From Buchnera aphidicola (Pentalonia nigronervosa) (GTDB lineage Bacteria; Pseudomonadota; Gammaproteobacteria; Enterobacterales; Enterobacteriaceae): 64,000 nt of DNA. Of this stretch, positions 45,827 through 55,936 are shown one piece after another. The number at the start of each line of letters is the position of its first letter. Within the stretch, counting starts at the first letter, position 1. The notes under the pieces are model-generated. The model was not told the DNA's origin, made no database searches, and worked only from the letters and a program-made list of their open reading frames with translations. The stretch is from assembly GCA_014622685.1 (NCBI GenBank), contig CP061275.1:37471-101470 (forward strand), read 5' to 3'. The translations under genes and the position numbers were made by a program.

Positions 45827-48490
45827 ATGTCAGAACGTTTATACAATGACGTGGATCCAGTTGAAACAAGCGATTGGATACAAGCGATTGATGCAGTGAT
45901 CTGTAAAGACGGTTTTGAAAGAGCTCAGTTTTTAATAAAACAAGTTTTAAAGCGTTCAAAAATAAATCAAATAGAGTTTTTTCAACATTTTTTTTCAAGT
46001 GATTATATCAATACTATTTGCAAGAAAGATGAAGTTAAATATCCTGGTGATCTAAGTTTAGAGAAAAAAATTCGTGCAGCAATTCGTTGGAATGCTATCA
46101 TGATTGTTTTGAGAGCTTCTCAAAAAAATTTAGAATTAGGTGGACATTTATCATCTTTTCAATCGTCTGCTACAATATATGAAGTTTGTTTTAATCATTT
46201 TTTTCATGCTAAAAATAGCAAACATGGTGGTGATTTAGTTTACTTTCAGGGTCATATTTCTCCTGGAATTTATGCACGATCTTTTCTAGAGGGACGTTTA
46301 TCTGAACAACAAATCAATAATTTTAGACAAGAAGTTGATGGAAAAGGTGTGTCATCTTATCCTCATCCTAAATTAATGCCAAATTTTTGGCAATTTCCAA
46401 CTGTATCTATGGGATTAGGCCCTCCCTGTGCTATTTACCAGGCAAAATTTTTAAAATATTTGTATAACAGAGGATTGAAGGATACTTCAGAACAAACAGT
46501 ATATGCTTTTTTAGGTGATGGCGAAATGGATGAACCAGAATCAAAAGGCATGATTTCTATTGCTGTGCGTGAAAAGTTAGACAATTTGATATTTATTATA
46601 AATTGTAATTTACAAAGACTTGATGGTCCTGTAATTGGAAATGGAAAAATTGTAAACGAGCTAGAAAGTTTTTTCTACGGAGCAGGTTGGCAGGTCATAA
46701 AATTAATCTGGGGGAGTAAATGGGATCATTTATTTAAAAAAGACACTACTGGGAAATTGATTCAATTAATGAATGAAACAGTTGATGGTGATTATCAGAC
46801 TTTTAAATCGAAAGATGGAGCATATGTACGTAAATATTTTTTTGGAAAATATCAGGAAACATTGGAATTGGTAAAAAATATGACTGATGAAGAAATATGG
46901 CAGTTAAACAGAGGAGGTCATGATCCTAAAAAAATATTTAATGCTTTAAAAAAAGCAAAGGAAACAAAAAATAAACCAACAGTTATTTTAGCGCATACCG
47001 TTAAAGGATATGGTCTTGGGGTTATTGCAGAAGGGAAAAATATTGCACATCAAATTAAAAAAATTGATATTTCAGGAATCATGCATATTAGAAATCGTTT
47101 TAAAGTACCAGTGTTGGATAGTGATATAAGAAAATTGCCTTATGTTACATTTTCAAAGAATTCTCCAGAATATTTTTATTTGCATCAGCAAAGAAAAAAA
47201 TTAGGTGGATATATTCCATTTCGTTTATCAAAGTTTACAAAGAATTTAAATTTACCAGATTTGATAGCATTTCAAACATTATTAGTAGAGCAACATAAAA
47301 AAATTTCAACTACTGTAGCTTTTATACGTATTTTAAATATTCTTTTAAGAGATAATTGTATTCGTGATTTAATAGTTCCAATTATCGCTGATGAAGCACG
47401 TACATTTGGAATGGAAGGTCTGTTTAGAAAAATTGGTATTTATAATCCTAATGGTCAAAAATATACTCCCCAAGATCGGGAACAGTTAACTTATTACAAA
47501 GAAGACAAAAAAGGGCAAATATTGCAAGAAGGAATTAATGAATTGGGAGCTGCTTCATCGTGGTTAGCAGCAGCTACTTCGTACAGTACGAATGATTTTC
47601 CTATGATTCCGTTTTATATTTTTTATTCAATATTTGGATTTCAAAGGATTGGAGATTTATTTTGGGCAGCTGGCGACCAGCAAGCAAGAGGTTTTTTGAT
47701 TGGTGGCACTTCTGGTAGAACAACTTTAAATGGTGAAGGATTGCAACATGAAGATGGACATAGTCATATACAATCTTTAACCGTCCCCAATTGTGTATCT
47801 TATGATCCAACTTTTTCGTATGAATTAGCTGTTATTATACACAATGGATTAAAACGTATGTATGGTGCTGATCAAGAAAATATATATTATTATATTACAA
47901 CAATTAATGAATGTTATTATATGCCTGCTATGCCAAAAGGTGTAGAAACAGGTATTTGTCGAGGTATTTATAAGTTTAAAACGCTCAATGGTGGTTTAAA
48001 CAAAGTGCAATTAATGGGATCTGGTGCTATTTTTCGTTCTGTTTGTGATGCTGCAGAAATTTTATTAAAAGATTATCATATTACCAGTGATATATATAGT
48101 GTTACATCGTTTACAGAATTAGCGAGAAATGGTGAAGAATGTGCAAGATGGAACATGTTACATCCTAAAAAAAAGATAAAAATAGCATATATTAAAAAAA
48201 TTATGAATAAATCTCCAGCAATTGCTGCTACTGATTACATGAAATTATTTGCAGAGCAAATTCGACATTATATTCCTGCAGAGAAATATTATGTTTTAGG
48301 TACAGATGGCTTTGGGCGTTCAGATAGTCGCGATAGGTTACGTAATCATTTTGAGGTTAGTGCTGTTTATATAGTTGTAGCTGCTTTAAATTTGTTATCT
48401 GAATTGAATTATATTGATAAAAAAACAGTAGAAGATGCGATTATTAAATTTCATATCAATGCAGATAAAATTCATCCGCGCTTAGCATAA
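45827..48490 (+). CDS. aceE: Pyruvate dehydrogenase E1 component
   Basis: 887 aa with the GDGEMDEPES ThDP motif, collinear with E. coli AceE. Confidence 0.97.
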   Translation: MSERLYNDVDPVETSDWIQAIDAVICKDGFERAQFLIKQVLKRSKINQIEFFQHFFSSDYINTICKKDEVKYPGDLSLEKKIRAAIRWNAIMIVLRASQKNLELGGHLSSFQSSATIYEVCFNHFFHAKNSKHGGDLVYFQGHISPGIYARSFLEGRLSEQQINNFRQEVDGKGVSSYPHPKLMPNFWQFPTVSMGLGPPCAIYQAKFLKYLYNRGLKDTSEQTVYAFLGDGEMDEPESKGMISIAVREKLDNLIFIINCNLQRLDGPVIGNGKIVNELESFFYGAGWQVIKLIWGSKWDHLFKKDTTGKLIQLMNETVDGDYQTFKSKDGAYVRKYFFGKYQETLELVKNMTDEEIWQLNRGGHDPKKIFNALKKAKETKNKPTVILAHTVKGYGLGVIAEGKNIAHQIKKIDISGIMHIRNRFKVPVLDSDIRKLPYVTFSKNSPEYFYLHQQRKKLGGYIPFRLSKFTKNLNLPDLIAFQTLLVEQHKKISTTVAFIRILNILLRDNCIRDLIVPIIADEARTFGMEGLFRKIGIYNPNGQKYTPQDREQLTYYKEDKKGQILQEGINELGAASSWLAAATSYSTNDFPMIPFYIFYSIFGFQRIGDLFWAAGDQQARGFLIGGTSGRTTLNGEGLQHEDGHSHIQSLTVPNCVSYDPTFSYELAVIIHNGLKRMYGADQENIYYYITTINECYYMPAMPKGVETGICRGIYKFKTLNGGLNKVQLMGSGAIFRSVCDAAEILLKDYHITSDIYSVTSFTELARNGEECARWNMLHPKKKIKIAYIKKIMNKSPAIAATDYMKLFAEQIRHYIPAEKYYVLGTDGFGRSDSRDRLRNHFEVSAVYIVVAALNLLSELNYIDKKTVEDAIIKFHINADKIHPRLA

Positions 48491-48501
48491 AAGGTAAAAA
48501 A

Positions 48502-49734
48502 GTGGATATTGAAATTAAAATGCCTGACATTGGTGTAGATACTGTAGAAGTAGTAGAAGTGTTAGTTAAAGTTAATGAAAAAATAAAAGTTGAACAAGGG
48601 ATAGTAGTCGTTGAAGGCGATAAATCTTCTATCGAAATTCCATCACCTAAAGAAGGTATAGTTAAGAATATTTATGTGAGTATCGGTGATAAAGTCAATA
48701 GCTTTGATGTTATTATGACAATTGAACTCAGTGAAATAAAAATAATGGATGAATCAAAAAAAAACATTGATCTTATGCAAAATAATGTTCAAATTTTTGA
48801 TAAAAATAACCGTTCTGTGATTGAAGGAAATAGAAACAGAGAGAATATTGTATACGCTACTCCTGTAGTAAGACGTTTAGCTCGATTATTAAATGTTAAT
48901 TTGCATCAAGTCATTGGAACAGGTCGAAAACGTAGAATTTTAAAACAAGATGTAGAGTTATATAAAAATAATGTTGAAATTAATGATTTAAAAAGTGTGA
49001 AAAAAACTAATTTTGATTCTTTAAATAATTCAAATAAACATGAAATTGAACTTAATTTGAATCAAAAATTAATTGGTAATAATTTACATAAAAATTGGAT
49101 GAATATACCGCATGTAACACATTTTGATGAAGTAGATATTACCGTATTAGAACAATTTCGGAAAAGTTATAATAATTCTCATCAAAATCCAGATCATAAA
49201 AATGGAAATATTACAATATTGATTTTTATACTAAAAGTCATTTCACATGCATTGAAAAAATTTCCAATATTTAATAGCTCCTTAAGTAAAGATAACAAAA
49301 GAATTATTTTTAATCAATATACTAATATTGGTGTTGCTATGGATATTAACGGTAGTTTGATCGTTCCTGTTTTAAAAAATGTTAATAAAAAAAGTATTAA
49401 ACAGTTATCCTCTGAATTGATATCTATATCAAAAAAAGCTCGTGAAAATAAATTAGAATTTTTAGATTATCAAAATGGTTGTTTTACTGTATCTAATTTA
49501 GGAGGAATTGGAAATGGTTGGTTTTCTCCGATTATTAATGCACCAGAAGTTGCAATACTTGGTGTTGCACGATCACAAATTAAACCATTTTGGAATGGCG
49601 AATGCTTTGTTCCTGTTTTGATGTTACCGTTATCTTTATCATATGATCATCGTGTAATTAATGGTGCAGATGCAATGCGTTTTATAATGTTTATAAAAAA
49701 ACTTTTATCTGATATGAGTTTCTTAATGATGTAA
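48502..49734 (+). CDS. aceF: Dihydrolipoamide acetyltransferase E2 with a single lipoyl domain
   Basis: GTG start preceded by AAGG. One lipoyl domain (VEGDKSSIEIPSP), an E3-binding domain (ATPVVRRLARLLNVNL) and a catalytic DHRVINGA. Confidence 0.94.
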   Translation: MDIEIKMPDIGVDTVEVVEVLVKVNEKIKVEQGIVVVEGDKSSIEIPSPKEGIVKNIYVSIGDKVNSFDVIMTIELSEIKIMDESKKNIDLMQNNVQIFDKNNRSVIEGNRNRENIVYATPVVRRLARLLNVNLHQVIGTGRKRRILKQDVELYKNNVEINDLKSVKKTNFDSLNNSNKHEIELNLNQKLIGNNLHKNWMNIPHVTHFDEVDITVLEQFRKSYNNSHQNPDHKNGNITILIFILKVISHALKKFPIFNSSLSKDNKRIIFNQYTNIGVAMDINGSLIVPVLKNVNKKSIKQLSSELISISKKARENKLEFLDYQNGCFTVSNLGGIGNGWFSPIINAPEVAILGVARSQIKPFWNGECFVPVLMLPLSLSYDHRVINGADAMRFIMFIKKLLSDMSFLMM

Positions 49735-49792
49735 GTTTTTGATATAAATGAGTTAGTATGTAATTTATAACAACCAATTAAAGAGGTTTTTG

Positions 49793-51211
49793 ATGAATCA
49801 AAAAATTCATGCGCAAGTAGTAGTTATTGGATCTGGTCCCTCCGGTTATTCTGCAGCATTTCGTTGCTCTGATTTGGGTTTAGAAACTGTTTTAATAGAA
49901 TGTGACAATAAATTAGGTGGCGTGTGTTTGAATTCAGGGTGTATTCCTTCAAAATCGTTATTACATATTTCTAAAATAATTAAAGAAGCAAAAGAATTAT
50001 CACAGATAGGTGTATCTTTTTCAACTCCAATAATAAATTTTGAAAAAGTTGTTTCTTGGAAGAAAAATATTATTGAAAAGTTTAATAGCGGCTTGTCTGA
50101 TATGAGAAAAAAGAGGAAAATTAAATTAATTAAAGGTTATGCGAAATTTGATACTAAAAATAGTGTTGTAATTGAGAATATAGACGCTCGTATTACTCTT
50201 ATGTTTGAAAACGCAATTATTGCAACAGGGTCTAAATCAATCCATATTCCCTCATTACCTAATGATAAAAAGATCTGGAATTCAACTGATGCTTTATTAC
50301 TAAAGAAGATACCTGAACGTTTTTTAATTATTGGAGGCGGTGTTATTGGTTTAGAAATGGCAACAATATACAGTTCTTTAGGTTCAAAAATTGATATTGT
50401 TGATCGATTTAAAAATTTTTTTCCTTCATTAGATAAACGTATTTCTGATGCGTATTTAAGTTCTATAGGAGATAGATTTAATTTAAGATTGAATACGCAT
50501 ATTGATTCTTTTAAAGTATCTGATGATCATTGTTCCGTCATATTAGTACAAGATGGTGTTAAACAAAATGAAATTAATTATGATGCAGTATTAGTAGCAA
50601 TAGGCAGATCGCCGAATACTGATTCGATAGGATTAAATGAAATTGGCTTAGAAGTAAATAACACTGGATTTATTTCAGTAGATAAACAATTAAGAACAAA
50701 TATATCTAATATTTATGCTATTGGTGATGTGACTGGTTTTCCAATGTTAGCGCATAAAGGAATGCATCAGGGTCACATTGCTGCAGAAGTAATTTCTGGT
50801 CGTAATCATTATTTTGAACCAAAAGTAATTCCGTCAATTGCATATACGGAACCAGAAATTGCTTGGGTTGGTGTCAGCGAAAATGAAGCAAAGAAGAAAA
50901 ATATAAATTTTGAAATTTGTGATTTTCCGTGGAATGCATCTGCAAGAGCTATTATATCAAATTCTAGTTTTGGCGTAACCAGATTAATTTTTGATAAAAA
51001 TAGTAATAAAATTATTGGTGGTGCTATAGTAGGGACAAATGCTGGAGAGTTGATTTCTGAGATTGCGTTAGCAATTGAAATGGGTTGTGATGCAGAAGAT
51101 ATAGCGTTAACAATTCATCCTCATCCTACTTTAAGTGAATCAATTTGCTTATCTTCAGAAATTTTTCAAGGAACTATTACAGATTTGTTTAATTTAAAAT
51201 GTAAAAAATAA
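49793..51211 (+). CDS. lpdA: Dihydrolipoyl dehydrogenase E3
   Basis: Has GSGPSGY FAD binding, the GGVCLNSGCIPSK redox disulfide and HPHPTLSE. AAGAGG lies upstream of ATG 49793. Confidence 0.97.
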   Translation: MNQKIHAQVVVIGSGPSGYSAAFRCSDLGLETVLIECDNKLGGVCLNSGCIPSKSLLHISKIIKEAKELSQIGVSFSTPIINFEKVVSWKKNIIEKFNSGLSDMRKKRKIKLIKGYAKFDTKNSVVIENIDARITLMFENAIIATGSKSIHIPSLPNDKKIWNSTDALLLKKIPERFLIIGGGVIGLEMATIYSSLGSKIDIVDRFKNFFPSLDKRISDAYLSSIGDRFNLRLNTHIDSFKVSDDHCSVILVQDGVKQNEINYDAVLVAIGRSPNTDSIGLNEIGLEVNNTGFISVDKQLRTNISNIYAIGDVTGFPMLAHKGMHQGHIAAEVISGRNHYFEPKVIPSIAYTEPEIAWVGVSENEAKKKNINFEICDFPWNASARAIISNSSFGVTRLIFDKNSNKIIGGAIVGTNAGELISEIALAIEMGCDAEDIALTIHPHPTLSESICLSSEIFQGTITDLFNLKCKK

Positions 51212-51314
51212 ATAACGATACACGTTTTTTTAAACATAAAAGATTATAGATATTAAAATTCTATAATCTTTTATGTTTAAAAAAACGTGTATCGTTATTT
51301 ATTTTTTACATTTT
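51196..51314. repeat. Perfect inverted repeat, 55-bp arms (51196-51250 / 51260-51314) with a 9-nt loop, overlapping the lpdA stop
   Basis: All 55 positions were paired by hand and all are complementary; the first mismatch is at 51195/51315. The left arm contains the last 13 coding nt and the TAA of lpdA. Confidence 0.95.
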
Positions 51315-51422
51315 TAAATAGATTATAAGTTACTGTGATTTAAGCAAACATCATGTTTTAAATATAAATTGTCGGGCATATTCAGATAATTTAATACATA
51401 GATTTTATTATTAAATAGAATC

Positions 51423-52223
51423 TTATATATAAATATTTTTTCCGTAATAAATTTCTTTCATTTCTTTCCATAGTAAATTTACTATATAAGTATGCTCTTC
51501 CCTTTTTAAATCTTTTAAACAAATGTTAAATAAATAGTTTTTTAGGTTAAAATCTTTTAACATCATTCTAGTATGAAAAATATTTTCTTGATTTATATTC
51601 ATATCTATCATTTTATACATTGATTTTATATCATTTGACATAAAATCTTGAATTGAATTGATTTTATGATCAATAAAATGTTTGATTCCATAAATGTCTC
51701 TTGTAAAGCCTCTAACGCGATATTCAATTGTTACAATGTCAGATTCTAATTGATGTATAAGGTAGTTTAATGCGTTTAAAGGAGATATAATTCCGCATGT
51801 TGAAACTTCGATGTCGGCGCGGAAAGTACAGATACCACTTTGTGGATGGCTTTCTGGATATGTATGCACACAAATATGACTTTTATCTAAATGTGCTAAT
51901 ACAGAAGAAGAAACAACGTTGTGGTTTTTGGTCATGTTCATTTTATTCAAATGCATTGGTTCTTCACATACTAAAATAGTTACACTAGCACCTTGTGGTT
52001 CATAGTCTTGATAAAATACGTTTAAAATATTAGCACCAATAATTGAACAGGTTTGCTGTAAAATTTTTGTTAATCGAATCGCATTATATTGTTCATCAAT
52101 ATAAGTGATGTAACTATTTTGGGAATCATCAGTATTTGCATAGCAAATATCATAGATACAAAAACTTAGGCTTTTAGTTAAATTGTTAAAGCCATATAAT
52201 TTTAGTTTTTGCAATTTAATCAT
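51423..52223 (-). CDS. speD: S-adenosylmethionine decarboxylase proenzyme
   Basis: 266 aa with [16 protein letters not shown] and an N-terminus [15 protein letters not shown] as in E. coli SpeD. Confidence 0.95.
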   Translation of the reverse strand: MIKLQKLKLYGFNNLTKSLSFCIYDICYANTDDSQNSYITYIDEQYNAIRLTKILQQTCSIIGANILNVFYQDYEPQGASVTILVCEEPMHLNKMNMTKNHNVVSSSVLAHLDKSHICVHTYPESHPQSGICTFRADIEVSTCGIISPLNALNYLIHQLESDIVTIEYRVRGFTRDIYGIKHFIDHKINSIQDFMSNDIKSMYKMIDMNINQENIFHTRMMLKDFNLKNYLFNICLKDLKREEHTYIVNLLWKEMKEIYYGKNIYI

Positions 52224-52241
52224 TCTCCTGAAAACAGATAT

Positions 52242-53105
52242 TTAACTTTTTTCTAACATATTAAGAATATATTGAGGTAAAAAAAAGCTTCCTATATGAA
52301 TTTTAGCATTGTAGTAATTAAAGGACAATTTTGTACTTTTTATCCGTAACTGTAAATCGTTGATGTTTATATTTTTAAAAAAACCTGCATTATTAGTAGC
52401 GTATGCAAATGTCATAATTCCACCATAATACGTAGGTATTGAGGCTTGGTAAAAATTTGTATTACAAAAAAATTTTTTTAATTTTTTATGGGTAAGTAGT
52501 AGTGTTTTTTTTTGAAAAAAAGGCACTCCATTTTGTGAAACGAAAATACCGTCTTTATCAAGACGAATTTTGCAAGTAGAATAAAATTCTGATGAAAATA
52601 AATTTTTTCCATGGTTAATAGGATCAGTAGAATCAGATATTATAAGATCGAATTTTGTTTTTGTTTTTTTAATAAAACTTAAACCATCATCAATAACTAA
52701 CGTTAATCGAGAATCTTGATATGCACGACAATTATGTTTTGGAAAATATTTTTTACATAAATTAATGATATCAATATCTATTTCTACCATAGTAATATGT
52801 TTAATATTTTTATGTCGGCATATTTCGCGTAATATTCCACCATCACCTCCTCCAATAATTAATACATTTTTAATATTACCGTGAGTGAACATTGGAACAT
52901 GTGTTAACATTTCATGGTATATAAATTCATCTTTTTCCGTGGTCTGTATAATTCCATCTATTGCCATGACATAACCAAGAATAGAATTTTTAAAAATGAC
53001 TATTTCTTGGTATTGATTTTTTTTTTTGTATAATAATTTATCAATTAGAAAATATTGACCAGCATGTAAATAAAGTTTTTCGTGCCATGTTTGTTTTTGT
53101 GTCAT
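52242..53105 (-). CDS. speE: Spermidine synthase
   Basis: 287 aa with IIGGGDGG and DSTDP motifs. It lies upstream of speD, as in E. coli. Confidence 0.95.
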   Translation of the reverse strand: MTQKQTWHEKLYLHAGQYFLIDKLLYKKKNQYQEIVIFKNSILGYVMAIDGIIQTTEKDEFIYHEMLTHVPMFTHGNIKNVLIIGGGDGGILREICRHKNIKHITMVEIDIDIINLCKKYFPKHNCRAYQDSRLTLVIDDGLSFIKKTKTKFDLIISDSTDPINHGKNLFSSEFYSTCKIRLDKDGIFVSQNGVPFFQKKTLLLTHKKLKKFFCNTNFYQASIPTYYGGIMTFAYATNNAGFFKNININDLQLRIKSTKLSFNYYNAKIHIGSFFLPQYILNMLEKS

Positions 53106-53371
53106 GGTTATTTTTCATCCTATAAAAAAATAGTATTATAAGTTATTATAAGATTTTTTTAATAACTATTTATATAGAAAAAATAGAGTTTATGTTTTTA
53201 GAATTTTCAACAGAAGAATAGCAATTTTTATAGAAATAAATATCATTAAAAATAATAAAAACATCATATTTTTAGTTGTATTAGATAAAAATATGACGAT
53301 ATATTACAAAAAATTTTTAATTAAGATTATCAAATATTTTAAAAATATTATTTTATTGCATGTATATTCAG

Positions 53372-54070
53372 TTATATTTTAATTATATTTTTTAATATTA
53401 ATTGAACGAAGTTAAATAATTGCAATGATACTACAAAAATGTTTTTTTTGAACTTTATAGTAGCATTTTGATCAGCTGAATCAGAAATAGATTTTATAAT
53501 GATAGCAGGAATATTAAATTGATAACAAGTTTGAGCGATTGCTGTTGCTTCCATATCAACTGCAATTGCAGAAGAAAAATGATATTGTATGTTGTTTATC
53601 ATATTCCTTTCTCGAATAAATGTATCACCAGTTACTAACAATCCAGTTAAAAAAGTAAATTTAAAATTTTTAGAAAGATTATTTATAAAGTTAAACAATT
53701 TTTTGTTTATCAAAAATTTTTTTGGAAAATATGGTATTTGACCAAAAGAATAACCAAAATTGCTTAAATTAACGTCATAATAACAAAGTGCTTTAGGTAC
53801 TATTACGTCACCAATTTTTAAAGATGTATCTAAAGCTCCAGCAGATCCAACATTAATTATAATATCAGGTTTATATAGGTTAATTAGCACTGTAGTTGCA
53901 ATACTAGAAGACACCTTTCCTATGCCAGATTTAATTAAGAATATGTTATTTTTTTTATAATATCCTATAAATATTTTATAGTTTCCTATATTTTGTTCTC
54001 GGCGTTTTTGTATAATATTTTGAATAAGTTGAATTTCTTTTTTTAGAGCACCTATAATTCCAATTTTCAT
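53372..54070 (-). CDS. mtnN: 5'-methylthioadenosine/S-adenosylhomocysteine nucleosidase
   Basis: 232 aa. MKIGIIGALKKEI, GIGKVSS, and VDMEATAIAQ are collinear with E. coli Pfs. Confidence 0.93.
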   Translation of the reverse strand: MKIGIIGALKKEIQLIQNIIQKRREQNIGNYKIFIGYYKKNNIFLIKSGIGKVSSSIATTVLINLYKPDIIINVGSAGALDTSLKIGDVIVPKALCYYDVNLSNFGYSFGQIPYFPKKFLINKKLFNFINNLSKNFKFTFLTGLLVTGDTFIRERNMINNIQYHFSSAIAVDMEATAIAQTCYQFNIPAIIIKSISDSADQNATIKFKKNIFVVSLQLFNFVQLILKNIIKI

Positions 54071-54130
54071 GTTATGTGTAATGTGTTTATATAAAAATTT
54101 TATATTTATTAATTAATAAAAATTTATTGT

Positions 54131-54475
54131 TTAAACGCTGAAAGATGATCCACAACCACACGTATTTTTTGCATTGGGGTTAAAAACAATAAATTTCGAT
54201 CCTTCTAAGTTTTCTAAATAATCTATTTTTCCACCATACAGATATTGCAAACTAATGGGATCTACTACTAAGACAATATTTGATTGAGTAATTATAATGT
54301 CATCTTGATGCGTATTTTCATCAAAAATAAACTGATATTGAAATCCACTACATCCACCACCATTGATATATATTCTGAATTTTAGATTTTTATTTTTTTG
54401 TTTTTTAAGTAAATTTCTTATTCTGTTAGTCGCAGTATCGGTAATATCAAGATATTTTTTAGACGTTTTTTCCAT
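54131..54475 (-). CDS. erpA: Iron-sulfur cluster insertion protein ErpA (A-type carrier)
   Basis: 114 aa with GGGCSGFQY and the C-terminal CGCGSSF. Confidence 0.93.
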   Translation of the reverse strand: MEKTSKKYLDITDTATNRIRNLLKKQKNKNLKFRIYINGGGCSGFQYQFIFDENTHQDDIIITQSNIVLVVDPISLQYLYGGKIDYLENLEGSKFIVFNPNAKNTCGCGSSFSV

Positions 54476-54594
54476 ATTGTTATAAAGTATTGATTAAAAG
54501 AAGTATTTCATTTTATCATAAATAAATATTTTTTTTATACTATTATCATAGAGAATGAAAATTTTATATATTACATGATTAAGTGTTAACTTAC

Positions 54595-54634
54595 GCGCTA
54601 ATAAAAATATGTTTTTTATTAGCGCAGGTTTTTT
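54595..54634 (+). terminator. Canonical-looking intrinsic terminator oriented on the + strand, inside an all-minus gene block
   Basis: gcgctaataaaaa pairs with tttttattagcgc: a perfect 13-bp stem with a 5-nt loop, followed by agg and T6 on the + strand. On the minus strand the stem is followed by gtaagtt, with no U-run. Confidence 0.45.
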
Positions 54635-54730
54635 ATGTTAAAATAACGATCTGATTAAATAAAATATAATTTTTAAAAAGTTATATTTTTTATTTTGAGA
54701 TTATTTTTTTAAGTATATGTTGAAAATACT

Positions 54731-55885
54731 TTAATCAGATTTTTTACGGAGAAAAGAAGGAATGTCTAAATATTCTGGTGTTTTTTTTATTTTATTTTTT
54801 TGTTCTGTTATTTCTGTTTTTATAATGTTTTTATCGTTTTTTTTGGTTGGTATGTTTAAATATTGATAGCGATAATCCATTAATAGTTCTCTAGAAGATT
54901 TATTTTTTGTTTGTTTAATATCTTGATTTTTTTCCATACCAATCCCAGTAGCAACAACTGTTACACGAAGGGTATCATTCATATCAGGATCTAAAGATGT
55001 TCCTATAACTACTGTAGCATTATCTGAAGCGAAAGATCGTATAGTATTACCTACTGTTTCAAATTCATCTAGTTTTAAATCGAAACCAGCCGTAATATTT
55101 ACTAAAACGCCTCTTGCTCCTGATAAATCAATATCTTCTAACAAGGGACTGGATATTGCAATTTCTGCAGATTCCTCTGCACGATTTTCTCCTGAGGCAA
55201 GACCTGTTCCCATCATAGCGTAACCCATTTCTAACATAACAGTTCGAACATCTGCAAAATCAACGTTCATTAATCCAGGCCTGGTGATCAATTCTGCGAT
55301 GCCCTGAACTGCACCTTTTAAAATGTTATTAGCAGCACTAAAAGCATCAAGCAATGAGATTCCTCTACTTAAAACTTTTAATAATTTGTCATTAGGTATT
55401 GTAATCAAAGAGTCGACGTATTTAGATAACTCTGTTACTCCCTGATCTGCAGCTAACATTCTTTTTTTTCCTTCAAAATTGAACGGCTTAGTAACCACAG
55501 CTACAGTTAAAATACCTAGTTCTTTTGCAATTTCTGCGACTATAGGTGCAGCTCCAGTTCCTGTCCCTCCTCCCATTCCAGCTGCGATAAAAACCATATC
55601 AGCTCCATTTAATGCAGATTTTAAAAGATCTTTATCTTCCTCAGCTGCAGTTCTTCCAATTTCAGGATTTGCACCCGCTCCTAAACCTTTAGTAATATTA
55701 TTTCCTATTTGTATAGTTTGTCCAACTTCTATTCTTTTTAATGCTTGTGCATCGGTATTTATAGCAAAAAAATCCACTCCTTCAATATGTTCACGGATCA
55801 TATGTTCAACTGCATTTCCGCCTCCTCCGCCCACTCCAATTACTTTAATTACTGCATTGTTACTCAATTCAACAGGTTCAAACAT
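54731..55885 (-). CDS. ftsZ: Cell division GTPase FtsZ
   Basis: 384 aa with the GGGTGTGA tubulin signature and NTDAQAL. Confidence 0.98.
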   Translation of the reverse strand: MFEPVELSNNAVIKVIGVGGGGGNAVEHMIREHIEGVDFFAINTDAQALKRIEVGQTIQIGNNITKGLGAGANPEIGRTAAEEDKDLLKSALNGADMVFIAAGMGGGTGTGAAPIVAEIAKELGILTVAVVTKPFNFEGKKRMLAADQGVTELSKYVDSLITIPNDKLLKVLSRGISLLDAFSAANNILKGAVQGIAELITRPGLMNVDFADVRTVMLEMGYAMMGTGLASGENRAEESAEIAISSPLLEDIDLSGARGVLVNITAGFDLKLDEFETVGNTIRSFASDNATVVIGTSLDPDMNDTLRVTVVATGIGMEKNQDIKQTKNKSSRELLMDYRYQYLNIPTKKNDKNIIKTEITEQKNKIKKTPEYLDIPSFLRKKSD

Positions 55886-55936
55886 AATTTCATTCCATAT
55901 TTGTTTATTTTTATTTTAGAAGTTAAAATGCATATT

